A stretch of 64,000 nt of DNA from Cladosporium halotolerans (taxonomy: Eukaryota), in NCBI RefSeq assembly GCF_011745625.1, contig NW_027191464.1:62001-126000 (forward strand), in the 5' to 3' direction. The position numbers and the translations under genes were made by a program. The notes under the pieces were generated by a model. That model ran no database searches and was not told the origin of the DNA. It was given only the letters and a program-made list of their open reading frames with translations. Of this stretch, positions 35,279 to 47,219 are shown piece by piece. How positions within the stretch are numbered: position 1 is the stretch's first letter; each line of letters starts with the position of its first letter.

Positions 35279-36466
35279 ATGGCTGCGACTGAGAGGCGCA
35301 CGTCAGCGCCTGCGCGATCTTTCAAGCGCGCCCGCGTCTCCCGTCCGCCTGCTCACTGGGAACAAACTTCGATTGGTGACCGGCCAGATGTACCTTTGCT
35401 CAAACACTGGCAAAAGGCTGCCGCACAAACGCCTTCATTTGCGAAATACAAAGTGGAGCCTGAAGTGCCCGAATTCAGTGATGAGCAGTACGAAGAACAT
35501 CTGAAGGACCCAAACTGGACTCTTGAGGAGACGCGCTATCTCATCGAAACCTACAAGGGGTGTAACGGAAAATGGACCGTCATCATCGACCGTTACGAGA
35601 AGCCCGAAAGGACCATGGAAGACCTCAAGGCGCGGTTTTATGCCATCTCCGCTGTGATGCTGCAACTAGAAACACCAATCCAATCTATGACAGCGCCACA
35701 GTACAAAATGTACGAAACTCTCAAGGACTTCAACCCCAAGCAGGAAATGTCACGAAAGCGCCTTGCCGAAGGTCATCTCCACCGGAAGAAGGACGAAGTG
35801 GATGAGGAGGCGGTTCTCCTAGCCGAACTGCAGCGTATCATGGCCAACCAGGAATCGCTCGATAGCCTTCGCGAAGATCTTCGCAAGCGGCTCGACTATC
35901 CCAAGGCCAATACCAACAGCTACCAGTACTCCACATCACAAGCACTGCATGCACTGTGGCAACAACTGGTCAACGCGGACCGTCTGCGTAAGAATCAGCG
36001 TCTCCGACCCGTTGGCCCCGGCCAGTCCGCCACTTCTATCGAAGGCTCCACCTCTGGCCAGACTCCCGCTTCAGCTCGACCACGCGAATCAAACGCTGGC
36101 ACAACGCAGCACGAACCTTCACCTGCAAGCAATACTAAACTCACCGAGAAGGACAAGCGCCGTTTCGGTATTACAGAAGTCGGGCCTGGCGAGAAGTTAC
36201 CCAGTGGCGTCTCTTTCGCGTCCGACAAGCTTTCGAAGCCGCGTATCGCGAAGAGCACCGTGCAGACAGAGAAGATTGCAGCTGTTCTGTCGCACATTGG
36301 TGTACCAGACCTCATTCCGCTACCTACGCCCCCGGTCATCGAGGCCTTCGAATCGCTCATGGGCAAGTTGCATACGCTGCTTGACATGCGCAAAGTAGCA
36401 GAGAAGGAAGAGCAGGAGCTACGGGTTAGAGAGGCCGAGGCTGGTGCACAGGTCAAGGAAGAGTAA
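35279..36466 (+). CDS. SWC4: SWR1/NuA4 subunit Swc4 (DMAP1-like, SANT domain)
   Basis: LKHW...FAKY, WTLEETRYL...KWTVIIDRY...RTMEDLKARFY SANT domain, EEAVLLAELQRI, SGVSFASDK. Confidence 0.85.
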   Translation: MAATERRTSAPARSFKRARVSRPPAHWEQTSIGDRPDVPLLKHWQKAAAQTPSFAKYKVEPEVPEFSDEQYEEHLKDPNWTLEETRYLIETYKGCNGKWTVIIDRYEKPERTMEDLKARFYAISAVMLQLETPIQSMTAPQYKMYETLKDFNPKQEMSRKRLAEGHLHRKKDEVDEEAVLLAELQRIMANQESLDSLREDLRKRLDYPKANTNSYQYSTSQALHALWQQLVNADRLRKNQRLRPVGPGQSATSIEGSTSGQTPASARPRESNAGTTQHEPSPASNTKLTEKDKRRFGITEVGPGEKLPSGVSFASDKLSKPRIAKSTVQTEKIAAVLSHIGVPDLIPLPTPPVIEAFESLMGKLHTLLDMRKVAEKEEQELRVREAEAGAQVKEE

Positions 36467-36777
36467 ACGGTTCTTTACTGTTTTGTCTGGGCTTTAGCGC
36501 GGCGTTATTGGATGTGCTCCCTCTCCCGTGGGTGACCAGCTCGAATCACACTTGTATATATTATCATTCATGAGTACCCAGTATTCTCGTACAACATTCC
36601 TGAGTCAAATTTTAAGGAAACCTTTTGGAGGTTTAGTCTGCTCTCGGAAGCAGTACTATATAATCCTGCCATGCTTTGGAAAATGGTATCTATCTCTAAT
36701 AACACATGCGCTCAACGCTCATAACAGCCGTAAATGCTCTGCCAGGCTATCCAACTCATCCTCTCAAGCCTCACAAC

Positions 36778-37472
36778 TTAGATCCTCCTCACCTCCTTGC
36801 CCCTCTCCCTCATTCTCTCCTCCTCAGCTTCCACCATATCCATCCACTGGTCCTTGTCCGTCAACCTCCTGACCTCCTTCGTAACCGAGCCATCCTTTGC
36901 CTTCTTCATATCCACACCCTCCAGCGCCAGACTCGCAATGACAACCGCCATTGTCAAGCCCTGAGCGTACACACGCGCCTGCACCAGCTTCTGCGGTGTG
37001 GTCATCGGACTCCTCGACACCATCGCGAACGCAGCGCCCATACTAGCCACCCACGAGCCGAAAACAATGCTATACCGGTTTTGGTGCGCCCAGATCATAG
37101 CCTTCTCAGTGCCCGTACGCTCAGCATCGAGCTTGTCGATCAGTGACTGGCGCTCGTCGTGGTAGTGGCGGTCCGGGTGCTGGGCGGCTTCGTAGGCGCG
37201 GCCGGAGCGGTCGGCAGCGATGATGGCGGCGAAGGTGCCGGTGGATGCGGCGAGGAAGACTTTGAAGGGGAGCGTGAGGCCGCGGATCAGAGGGTAGCGT
37301 CTTGCGGCGCCGTAAACGCCGGCTGTGCCTGCTGCGAGGCCGACGATGCCGCCTATTGTGCCGCCTTTGACTGTTGCACTGGTCAGGGTTAGTGGGATTC
37401 GGGTTTGTGTAGAGTGTTGCTTGAGTCGTACTTGTAGAACTTGGCTTCGTCTTCGGGCGTGAGAAGCTTCAT
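36778..37472 (-). CDS. RCF2: HIG1-domain respiratory supercomplex factor Rcf2
   Basis: MKLLTPEDE..FY, GLTLPFKVFL, AADRSGRAYE, NRYSIVFGSWVASM, QKLVQARVYAQGLT, DQWMDMV; one intron near the 5' end. Confidence 0.88.
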
Positions 37473-38441
37473 GGCGAAGTGTATGTGCTTTGTTTTGGAA
37501 CCAGAGTATTCGTATAGGTCTAACGTGCTTTTGGTAACAGATCAGAGTGCTCGCGTGAGTGGTATGTCAAGGACAAAGGAAGTGGATCAGGTTGATTGAG
37601 CAGTGTGCAAGGGTATTATGAGTAGAAGAAATGGAAAGGCAGAATACTTCTGGAAGTGTTGTAGTGCGTATATACTTAGACGACCCCGGGCACGGAGCAA
37701 TGGCGGTCCCAGCGGAAGACAGCCATCTGTCGCAAGGCGAACAGATCCAGGATCGCTTCGCCGTTACGAAGTTCGCTCAAGTCCGATCCCAGCGGAAGTC
37801 AGCCATCCGAAAATCAGCCGTTTGAAAAACGGTTCCGATTGGCCAAGCGGTGATTGAAAAGCGGAGACCGACAGATCTGGTATTCGCGGGCGAGATTCAG
37901 ACGACGACATCGTCCGCGATGAAACCTTCGTTGTCAGCGACGCCACGTCAATGCTGCTGCGCGGCGATTATCGAACATCGCTGACATGCAGTGCAAAGAG
38001 GCGTCGCGAGTAGCTGCTGCCGTTACACTCAACCTCTACTCCCATTTGCTGACGAAGATGTACAAGCAATGACACGAGTGCTCTCTGCAGTTGTCAGCAT
38101 GTCTTTGCCGCCATCTACCCATTTCACGCGCATGAGAAACAGAAAGTGCAGGCCGAGCTGTAGGGCTGGTTGGTCGTTGCCGCAGATGGGCCAGGGTGAT
38201 ACCAAGAGACCCCTGCACTCGTGAGGGGAATGTTAACGTGAACTGCAGAAGTGGTTTGATCACGGCGTTTGGACACAACCAGCAACTCGGATGATCGGTC
38301 TAACACGCACGAAGACACGGCATAAATACCAGCTCCTGGAGGCCAGGAACAGTGTTCTTCTTCACCATCCAACAACGCCAAACTCATTCTCAATCAGATC
38401 TTATTTCGCAATTCAGTTGAATCGCAACATTTCCATTCACA

Positions 38442-39515
38442 ATGGCCCCAACTATCCGCAAATACAAGGCCGCAGCCGTCAACGCCGAGCCTGGCTGGCT
38501 TGATCTCGAGCTTTCTGTCGAAAAGACGATCCATTGGATCAATGAGGCTGGCAAGAATGGCTGCAAGCTCGTTGCTTTCCCCGAACTCTGGATCCCCGGC
38601 TACCCGTACTGGATGTGGCGTGTCAACTACCAGGAGAGTCTTCCTTTGTTGAAGAAATACCGCGAGAACAGCCTTCCCTCCGACTCACCTCAAATGCACC
38701 GCATTCGTGCTGCGGCCAGGGAGATCTCCATTTTTGTTTCTCTTGGCTACTCTGAGGTTGATCTCAACAGCCTGTACACCACTCAGGTCATGATCGACCC
38801 GACCGGCAACATCATTAACCATCGTCGCAAGATCCGAGCCACTCACGTCGAGCGTCTTGTCTTCGGCGACGGTACCGGTGACACCACCAGCATGGTGATG
38901 GACACGGAGATCGGCCGCATCGGTCACTTGAACTGCTGGGAGAACATGAACCCTTTCCTGAAATCCTACGCCGTTTCTCTCGGTGAGCAGGTCCACATTG
39001 CTGCCTGGCCGCTGTACCCGCACGCTTCCACGCTCAAGTATCCTGACCCCTACACCAACATCAGCGACGCAAACTCAGACATTGTGACTCCGGCCTACGC
39101 CATCGAGACCGGCTCTTTCACACTCGCGCCTTTCCAGATGATCTCCGCGGCCGGCGTGGCTCTCCAGACTCCTCCGGGCAAGACTCCAGAAGACAACGAG
39201 ATCTACAACGGCAACACTCGCATCTACGGCCCGGATGGTCAGAGCCTGATCGAGAAGCCGACCGAAGACTTCGAAGGCCTGGTGTATGTGGACATCGACC
39301 TTGATGAGACTCACCTCAGCAAGGCCCTCAACGATTTCGGCGGACACTACATGCGTCCTGACTTGCTTCGCCTCGTGGTTGACACTGACCGCAAGAGTGC
39401 GGTTAGCAAGGTCAATGGCTCTGGCTCACATGAGGTCCAGAGGACGATCGATCGCGTTGGCCTCAGTAAGCCGTTTAGCGAGCTTGACTTTGGCAAGGAT
39501 AGCGAGCAGCAGTAG
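38442..39515 (+). CDS. Cyanide hydratase (nitrilase superfamily)
   Basis: [55 protein letters not shown] (E-K-C triad, with CWEN typical of cyanide hydratases), GHYMRPDL; intronless. Confidence 0.92.
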   Translation: MAPTIRKYKAAAVNAEPGWLDLELSVEKTIHWINEAGKNGCKLVAFPELWIPGYPYWMWRVNYQESLPLLKKYRENSLPSDSPQMHRIRAAAREISIFVSLGYSEVDLNSLYTTQVMIDPTGNIINHRRKIRATHVERLVFGDGTGDTTSMVMDTEIGRIGHLNCWENMNPFLKSYAVSLGEQVHIAAWPLYPHASTLKYPDPYTNISDANSDIVTPAYAIETGSFTLAPFQMISAAGVALQTPPGKTPEDNEIYNGNTRIYGPDGQSLIEKPTEDFEGLVYVDIDLDETHLSKALNDFGGHYMRPDLLRLVVDTDRKSAVSKVNGSGSHEVQRTIDRVGLSKPFSELDFGKDSEQQ

Positions 39516-39960
39516 ATTTGGAGCGGGCACACATCATAACCGGCTCATAATTAGCGAACAATTCCACTCTTTTGTATATTTTCAGCAATTTTTTATCTTT
39601 ATAGTGACCGGTTCAGTGCTCCATTGATTACGACGAGTGGGTGTTGCATCTTGCATGGACGTTGAGAGCAGAATACCTAAGTTTCCTCTTACGCATCGGG
39701 TTTCGATCTGCAACAAGGACTTCGGTGTAAGTGATGCGCAAATCCTGGCGAACTAAGTACTTGAGCACCTATCGAGAGACCATCGTTTCGTCGGTCGGGT
39801 GCCGTCCGTTCCCGCGCGTCCACGTCCACGGTCGACGCCCAGCAGGGTTTGCACGTTCCTCCCGACCCACAGCCTCATCATCTTCGTTTAAATACCTACT
39901 GCTTCCTTGGCCTATGGCTCTCTGTATACAAAAATACCGAAACAGTTTAGCGCAACCAGA

Positions 39961-42512
39961 ATGCCAACGATGTCGACAGAAGGCAAGATTACCAAGAGCG
40001 CCCTTACGCGCCCGGTAAAACTCGCCTGCACCGTCTGGTATGCCTTCGATGCATAAGGCGAGCCACGCATAAAGCTGATAGATGCCCAGTCGAAATCTGC
40101 GAGCCAAGTGCGATGGCGAGAAGCCGTGTAGTAGGGTAGGTCTCTGTTGCTCATCATCCTTTTTTTCTAAAAAAAAAAATCTCAAAGATGGCTTGCAGTG
40201 TGTCGAGAGAAACTGCGAGTGCACCTATGTCAAGAGCCGCCGTGGAGGCGCCCGGTATCGATCACGACCAGCGAACACTCAGAACGTAGTCGTTCTTCCT
40301 TGTAACTCGAGCGAGCAGAGTACAACACCTGATCTCGATGCAGAATGGGAACGTGGGACCGCCGAACGCTGCCGTCAGCATGAATGTACGCTGACACAGA
40401 CCAGTGAATATCTCGTCTATGGCATCACCAGGCTCTGGACTGTTGCATCTAGATGAGCCTACTTCTTCGTTTGGGTCAGGATGCTGTGCGCTGCCCATAC
40501 AGCCTCCCGATCTGCCTCGGACGAACGCCCCACTTCGATCACAACCTATGCCACAGGTAGAACCGCCGAGCCTGGACTTTGGAAGATTGAATGAACCTTT
40601 GCATACCTACAACTCAGACGAATCACTGTGAGCGGAAGGATTGATTCCCATCTTTGGTGAAATGAGCTTGCTGACTGGGTTTCAAGACTTGATGCCTATT
40701 ACCGTTTGATTCACATTTATCTGCCCATCTTACCGCCACCACCACAAGCATCGCCCGGATCTGATTCTACACCACCTCCAACTACCGACTCACCAACATC
40801 TAGTGCACCAAGTCCAGGATCAGAGTCACCCCTTCGGCTCGCCATCAAAGCAATCCTCATGCTCGTGCCACATCCTTCTGTGTCCAACCCTTCACGGCCA
40901 TCATACGTCGTCCTACGGCGGAGGGCGGCTGATCAGCTGGTGCACCAATGCCTTCAAATGATCGAAGACGAGAGTGACATGCCGGAAGATCTCCCGCTCT
41001 CCACAGCCTTAGCACATACCTCCACACGATCGCAGCGAAGAAGTCTACATTCTGACGTACCCATGGAACTGGAGGCCGTCCTCGCACTATGCTTATTGGC
41101 TATCTACGAATACGCACAGCGCGGTAACATTCGCAAGATGCGAGATCGCGCAGGCCAAGCGCTCGTGTATGCTATGGACATGTCTTTGCATTGTATGAGC
41201 AGAAGTGAGACGTTGCATGCGGAGGCGAAGAAGCGAGCCTGGTGGATGACTGTGAGCATTTTCCCTAGCGCCAGAGCTCCTCAATGCGGACGACATGTCC
41301 ATACTGATGACGTCCCACTAGTACATCTGCTCTTGTCAAGCATCAATCGCTAGTTGCACGGTAAGTTGGCACTGCTTATATAGACCCGTCTGACATCGCG
41401 GCCGCAGTCACTGATTGAGACAGCCTCCTACTCTCTTACCAGACGATCCAAGATTTACAACCGAGATGCCACGAATGGGCAAGTCTGATGCAAGTGACAC
41501 TGTTCGTTGCGCATCACTTAATGATTGCTAACCGCAACAAAGGTATGGAAGCTATTCATCGAGTCCCAGCAAGCTATCCTGTCCGCAACCCAATTCGTCA
41601 TCGAAATGAACCACTTTGTCCAAGACCCCGAAAAATCCGAGATGCCCGTCCAAAAAATGCAAGACCTCCACACTCTCATCGACAACCTCATCGTCGCCGC
41701 CGACCAAAACCCAGTGGACACCGCCCCAACCCCCATAGACCCTGAAGCAACCGCCGCCCGCGCCCTCCACTGCATGTCCGTCGTCAAACTCAACAGGTCC
41801 GTCCTCCAACCTTCCCCACCCCCAACTGCTTCCCCCCAGCTAAGCCCACAAACCCACAAACAGCGCCCGCATCAAACTCCACCGCTACAGCGCCTTCTCC
41901 GACCTCCCCGTCTTCACTAAACGCTACTGCGACCTCAAACCCGCCCCGACCGCCTACTCGACCGCCTTCGTCTCCGACCTCGTGCAATGGCTAACGACCA
42001 GCTGCGCGAGCTCCTCACCCCCCTCCCCCACCCTCGCCCCTCAAACAACCAACACCCAAACCCTCCCCTTCACCCGCCATTCCTCGACTAACCTCTGCCT
42101 GGCCTCCGCGCTGACCATCGCGCGCGCCTTCGAATCCCTCCCCTACCCCACCCCGTCTCCCTCCCTGCCCTCCTCCTCCACCCCACCACGCACCCTCCCC
42201 TCAACAGCCTGCTGCGCCATGCAAGCTTCTTACGCGCTGCTCATGGCCTGCAACGCCGCCTGGGGAATGCAGTCGAGCGGCGACGGGGCGCGGGGGAGAG
42301 AATTGCTGCGAGCGTGTGAAGGGGGGTTGTACAGTTTGCTGGGGACGCTGGCGGACTACGCGAGGGCTGCGGAGGCCGTGGGGGGGATGAGAGGTACGTT
42401 TCCTTCGATCTTTTCCTTTGGGGGTTTTGGGGATAGATGCTGACTGGCGAGGACAGATCAAGTGCGCGAGGCCATCGAGGGGTTTGCGGAGTTGTTCGCG
42501 GGGAATGTGTGA
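39961..42512 (+). CDS. Zn2Cys6 transcription factor
   Basis: VKLACTV|CRNLRAKCDGEKPCSR|CVERNCECTYVKSRRGG, AIYEYAQRGNI, KKRAWWMT, SARIKLHRYSAFSDLPVF, PPRTLPSTACCAMQ; many introns, internal boundaries approximate. Confidence 0.85.
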
Positions 42513-42800
42513 CGTTTCTTTTCTGGAGCGGAGGGAGAGGAGGGAGAGGCGCGTGGACGGATTTCGGCGGAGGTTTCTGCATTGTATCGTTTGGTAGACC
42601 GGATTGGAAGCGAGTCTCTATCCCCCATTTCATCTCATCCCATCATCCCATCCCATCATCCCATCCCAGACTCCATCCAGACTTTTATTATCACTCTCCG
42701 CCAGCTCCGCAGCCGGGTATAGGTATCTATCCACAAACCCCTTCCCAAATGCATTCCCCCCTGTACCCTTAATCAATCCACGAAGCAATCAATCAATCAA

Positions 42801-45800
42801 TCAATCAATAGCCTCCTTAAACCGCATCACCGCATTGCCCGCCACCAACCCATCGACGCCCTTCTGCAGTCCCAACACGCCACCCTTCTCCATCCCAACA
42901 TCATACGACGAGTCCGAGATAAGCACCAACCCCGCCTCCTTGATCGAGTCGATGAGCGCAGGGACCAATTCCAGCAGGCGCGAGGTGCAGATGAGGCCCA
43001 TGAAATTGTTCGACTGGGCGATGCGCACGGCTTCTTTGATGGACATGTCGGTGCGGCCGCAGGAGGCGATCATGGCTGGGTCGGTGGCGGCGCTGGGGTC
43101 GGTGGAGGGGGGAGCGACGCCGAGTTCGTTGCAGAGGAGGACGGGGTCTGGGAAGGTCGTTAGTCAGCATGGCACTATAGGGGTGGTGGTGAATGGATTT
43201 GGGGAAGATTTACAATTCGGTTGCTTCCAGTTCAACGCCGCGCAAACGTCCGCATTATAGCTCGAGAACACAAAATTCCTCAGCGGGTTGTCCTTCGACT
43301 CGCGCAGGCGCCTCGCGTGGTCAAAAACGGCCAGGAGCACCGCGTCCGCCACAAAATTGATATTCTGCGTCGGGCCGAGCTGCAATTTCTCCTCCATGTG
43401 GCGCGTGGGGTAGCAGACGTGGAGCTCGAGGCTGAGATCCGCGGGTAGCATGGCGAGGGCGTCCTCGAGCGAGGCGTAGGAGCGCGCGATCTGGCGCTGG
43501 GCGGCGGGGAGGTCCTCGGGGTCGATGCCGGCGTCGACGAGGGATTCGAAGGCGCCGTTGCGGTGGGCGCCGGAGGAGAACTCTTCGTAGGTCAGGCGGC
43601 CGATGAGGTCGTTTCGGCTGGAGGGGAGAGCCCATTCGGGGAAGAGCACGGGCACGCCGTCTTTGGTGACTTGGACGAATAGGCGGAGGAAGTCGCCGCT
43701 CAAGCTGCTCCCGGTGATCAGATTGCTCGGGTGGTTTTCGTACTGGCTCGTCGCCTTCCAGTATGTGGCAAAGTGCGTGATCTCAAGCGGGATGCCCTTG
43801 AACGGCGTGATGACCTGATACCGGAAATTGATGCGGCCAATGGCACGCAGACGCGGGTCGAAAAGCTCCAGATGCCATCTACCAGAACTGCTCGATTTGC
43901 CCGTGAAGACGCGACTTGAAGCCGCTGAACGTGCAATGACTTTGCTGCCGAAGGTGGGGAAGATATCAAAATCGATGCTGAATGCTTCCAAGTTCTCGAT
44001 CTGGAAACTGATGTTCTTGAAGTCGTCCTGCACTGGTAAAGGTACGTTGCGAGGAATGAGGTCGGAGGATTTGGAGGAGATGGTGAGACGAGCGGCCGGG
44101 TATTTGCTTTCACCGTAGAATTCGATGGCATCGCAGCCAAGGTCGTCGAAAGACAAGAGAATAAACGTCTTCGTCGTATCGAGGAAGTTGTGGCCGTAAC
44201 GACGCAGCGGAATGATCGGCGGCGGAAGAATGAGGTCAGGGATATTCTCCGAATCCAACGATGACATGATCGGCAACTCCCCCGTCCGAGCCGGCTGGCC
44301 GATCGTGTCAACGCTGAACTCCATAGACTGCTGCTTGCGCTGGTTGGCAGTCTGGCCCGCTTGAGCCAGTAGCTGCATGCAATCCAGATGCCCCTCCCAA
44401 GCAGCGTAGTACATAGCCGACAAACCCTTCTCATCGCAGACGGTGGCGTCGACTTGGAATTCAAGAAGCTGCTGTAGGCAGTGCAAGTGGCCTTCGCTAG
44501 CAGCATGGAAAATTGGCGTCCATTGGTACAGCTTGTCGGCTTGATCCATGTCCACGCCGTAATCTTTCAGCAAGCGCAGGATCTGCTCATTTCGGCCGAA
44601 TCGCGCAACGATGTGCTGAGGATACAGGCCTTCGGCATCAGGCAGCATTTGCGGCTTGTACTGCAAGATCTGCTCAACAATGGCCACAGAGCCGTACTGA
44701 CACGCCAAATTCAGCGGGATGTGATCGTTGGTCCCCGAAGGATTCACAGCGGCGCCGAATTTGAGCATCTCCTGCACACTGGCGGCCTTCGAATGCACGA
44801 TGCCATGGATCAGTCCAGTAAAGTTATCCAGGTCTTTGGCATCTACTGTGTCCGGTGCGGCTGCCACGAGCACCTGCATCATCTCGGCCTGCCCGTTCAT
44901 AGACGCATAGTGCAGCGGTATTCTCCCGTAGACGTCCGGTGCGCGAATGCTTGCGCCGGCTGCTAATGCGGCATCGAGAACTTCTTTCTTGCCCGTCACG
45001 GCAGCCTCATGGATGCAATTTCGCTCGTTGATCGAATCCGCATAGTTGAAATCGATCAAGCCAGTGTCGTAAAGAATCTGCTGCGTTGAGGGCGAAGCCT
45101 TGTTGACGGTATTGAGGAAGACGCGGCTGATTCGTTCCCTGGCCTCTTCATGGGTGACTGTTCGTGCTGCCCACTCCTTCACGAGACCTGTGTTTCCGGC
45201 ATTGATGGCTGTTAGAATTTGCACTTCCAGCTCCAAGTCGTCTTGACCGGCTTGAGGCGCGTTGTTTTCCAGTTCGACGGCGGGCGTGTAGGCGATCTTC
45301 TCGCCCTCCGCCCAAGCCTGCAGCTCCAGCAAGCCCGTCGTCGCTTGATCTGAAAGGTCGCTGATCACATCGCGGTTGAAACAAGGTTGGACCTCGACCG
45401 CACGGGATAGATAAATCTCCTTCTCTCGCGACTATCATTCCGGTCAGCACTGAACCCATAAGCGTCGTCTCATCTATACCCAAACATACCTTCGACGTTT
45501 TATCCCACTATTCGAACGTTAGCTATCTTCCTTCCAACACGAAGGATGCAAAACTCCAAACCTTTTTCAAAATCTTCGAAAAAGCCGTCTGGTTGACTTC
45601 AACGAATTGCTGCAACTTGTCGAGGTCATTGCTGAACAACCGAAACCCCTCGTCCAGCGTAACATAGCTCGAGGACAGCTTCGAAGCCGGGGTGGCGCGG
45701 TGCTGCAGCGAGCGGCGCTTGTCGAGCAGGGTGCGCAGGCGGAGTTTGAGCTTCACGAGAGAGAAGAGAGAGCGTCAGAGTCGTGGCCTTGAGAATCAAA

Positions 45801-46261
45801 CGGACTCGCCTCGAGGGAAAGGTTTTCAGATCGGAATCAGATGGGCAAGACGCACTTCGGCTTCCTTCTGCAGGTAGAACGTGTTGACCTTCTCGAGCTC
45901 GCGCTCCAGGCGGAAAAAGAAGGTGGCCTTGTTGGCTTGCAGCGAGGCCTGCGAGTCTTGGAGCGTCACGCCGTTGGTGGCCGGTTGCTGCGCGGCGAGG
46001 ATGGGCGTGGCGCTCAGTTTCTTGATGAGCTGTGGTTGGGTGGGCGGTCAGCGGCAGCCCTCTTTTCCGCTTTGAATATCAGCTCAGGGCGCACCTTCTT
46101 GAGCGCCTTGTAATCCACAAAGCTGGCCGCGTACTCGGGAATGTCGAGCTGGCGCTTCTGTATGTGCTTGCCGAACTTCCTGCAACGGGCGTTGGCGGAT
46201 CAGCATGTTGCCAGCGACGGATGCGGGTATGGTAGGATCAGAGCCACCCGGGAACGTACAT
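42801..46261 (-). CDS. PHO81: SPX-ankyrin-GDPD CDK inhibitor Pho81/NUC-2
   Basis: MKFGKHIQKR SPX start, FFFRLERELEKVNTFY, NQTAFSKILKKWDK, ankyrin repeats (GRIPLHYA, WTPIFHAASEG), PPPIIPLRRYGHNFLD, GDPD-like C-terminus with LNWKQPN. Confidence 0.95.
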
Positions 46262-46572
46262 TTCGGGCAATAATCAATGGGTCGCACGTCTCACGGAAAG
46301 AAAAAATCCAGTGCTACCGAACGATGCGGGATATCGGGTTGCGGGTGTTGATGATTCGGCTGGCAGCAGGCGTCGGGGGCGGCTTCGGCATAGCTGGGCG
46401 CAGGCGGTCTACGCGACGGGGCCGTCGCAGTCCATAGCGGTAAGGAGGAAGGGAAAAGGTATGGGCGGAAAGCCAAAAAGATGCACAGTCACCGCACGGT
46501 GGAGGAAGAGCAGTTGGCGACGAGGAGAGGCGGGCGGCGTCACAGGCGCGGCCGTCAACAGGACCAGGCCAG

Positions 46573-46844
46573 CACGTGCGGCGCGGGTTTTGGGGGTCTC
46601 GGGCTATCGATAGCGGCGGGGCAGGGCATGTGAGACAGACATCAGCACGGCGGGCGCAGGGCAGGCGTGGAGTCAGGGCGAGGCGCGGCGGGTGGTGGGC
46701 GGTGGTGCTGTGTGCTTCCCTTAGCGGCCGGCGCCCTGCTGTCCTCAACGCTTGCGCGCTGGGTGAAGACACCGTGAAGATACCGCTGTGAGCGCCGCCG
46801 GGCGAGGATGTGTCGGCGAATCGCGAGGCCCAGCGAGCCACGTG
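46573..46844. promoter_or_regulatory. Two CACGTG E-boxes (Pho4/NUC-1-type) upstream of PHO81
   Basis: GCACGTGC at 46572-46579 and CCACGTGC at 46838-46845, about 310 and 580 bp upstream of the start. Confidence 0.55.
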
Positions 46845-47219
46845 CAATGGCCAGCTTTGAGCCGCGGGCCTTGATCCGGCGGGCGGGTGGAGGGAGCAGT
46901 GTGGAGTGGCGTGGGCAATTGTTCGGCCCAAGCCTGATCGCCCAGGAACCATGACATGTGTTGCCCTACGCGCGGGTGGATGAGGAAATGATTCGAACGT
47001 CATCAATTGGCGTCCGTGTTCTGTATGTACATCCAAAGACATCCCGCCTCGTTGCTAGGAATTCTCACAAAAACTAAACTAATAAATCGCCGCAACACTC
47101 TGCGTTGGGTATCATTGCACATCTCATTTCGTCCCGGCCATGCCAACCCGAATCCAAAGCTCCAACAATGTCTAATAAACGCCCGTATCTTTCACATCTC
47201 TCAAAGTGGGACTCACATC

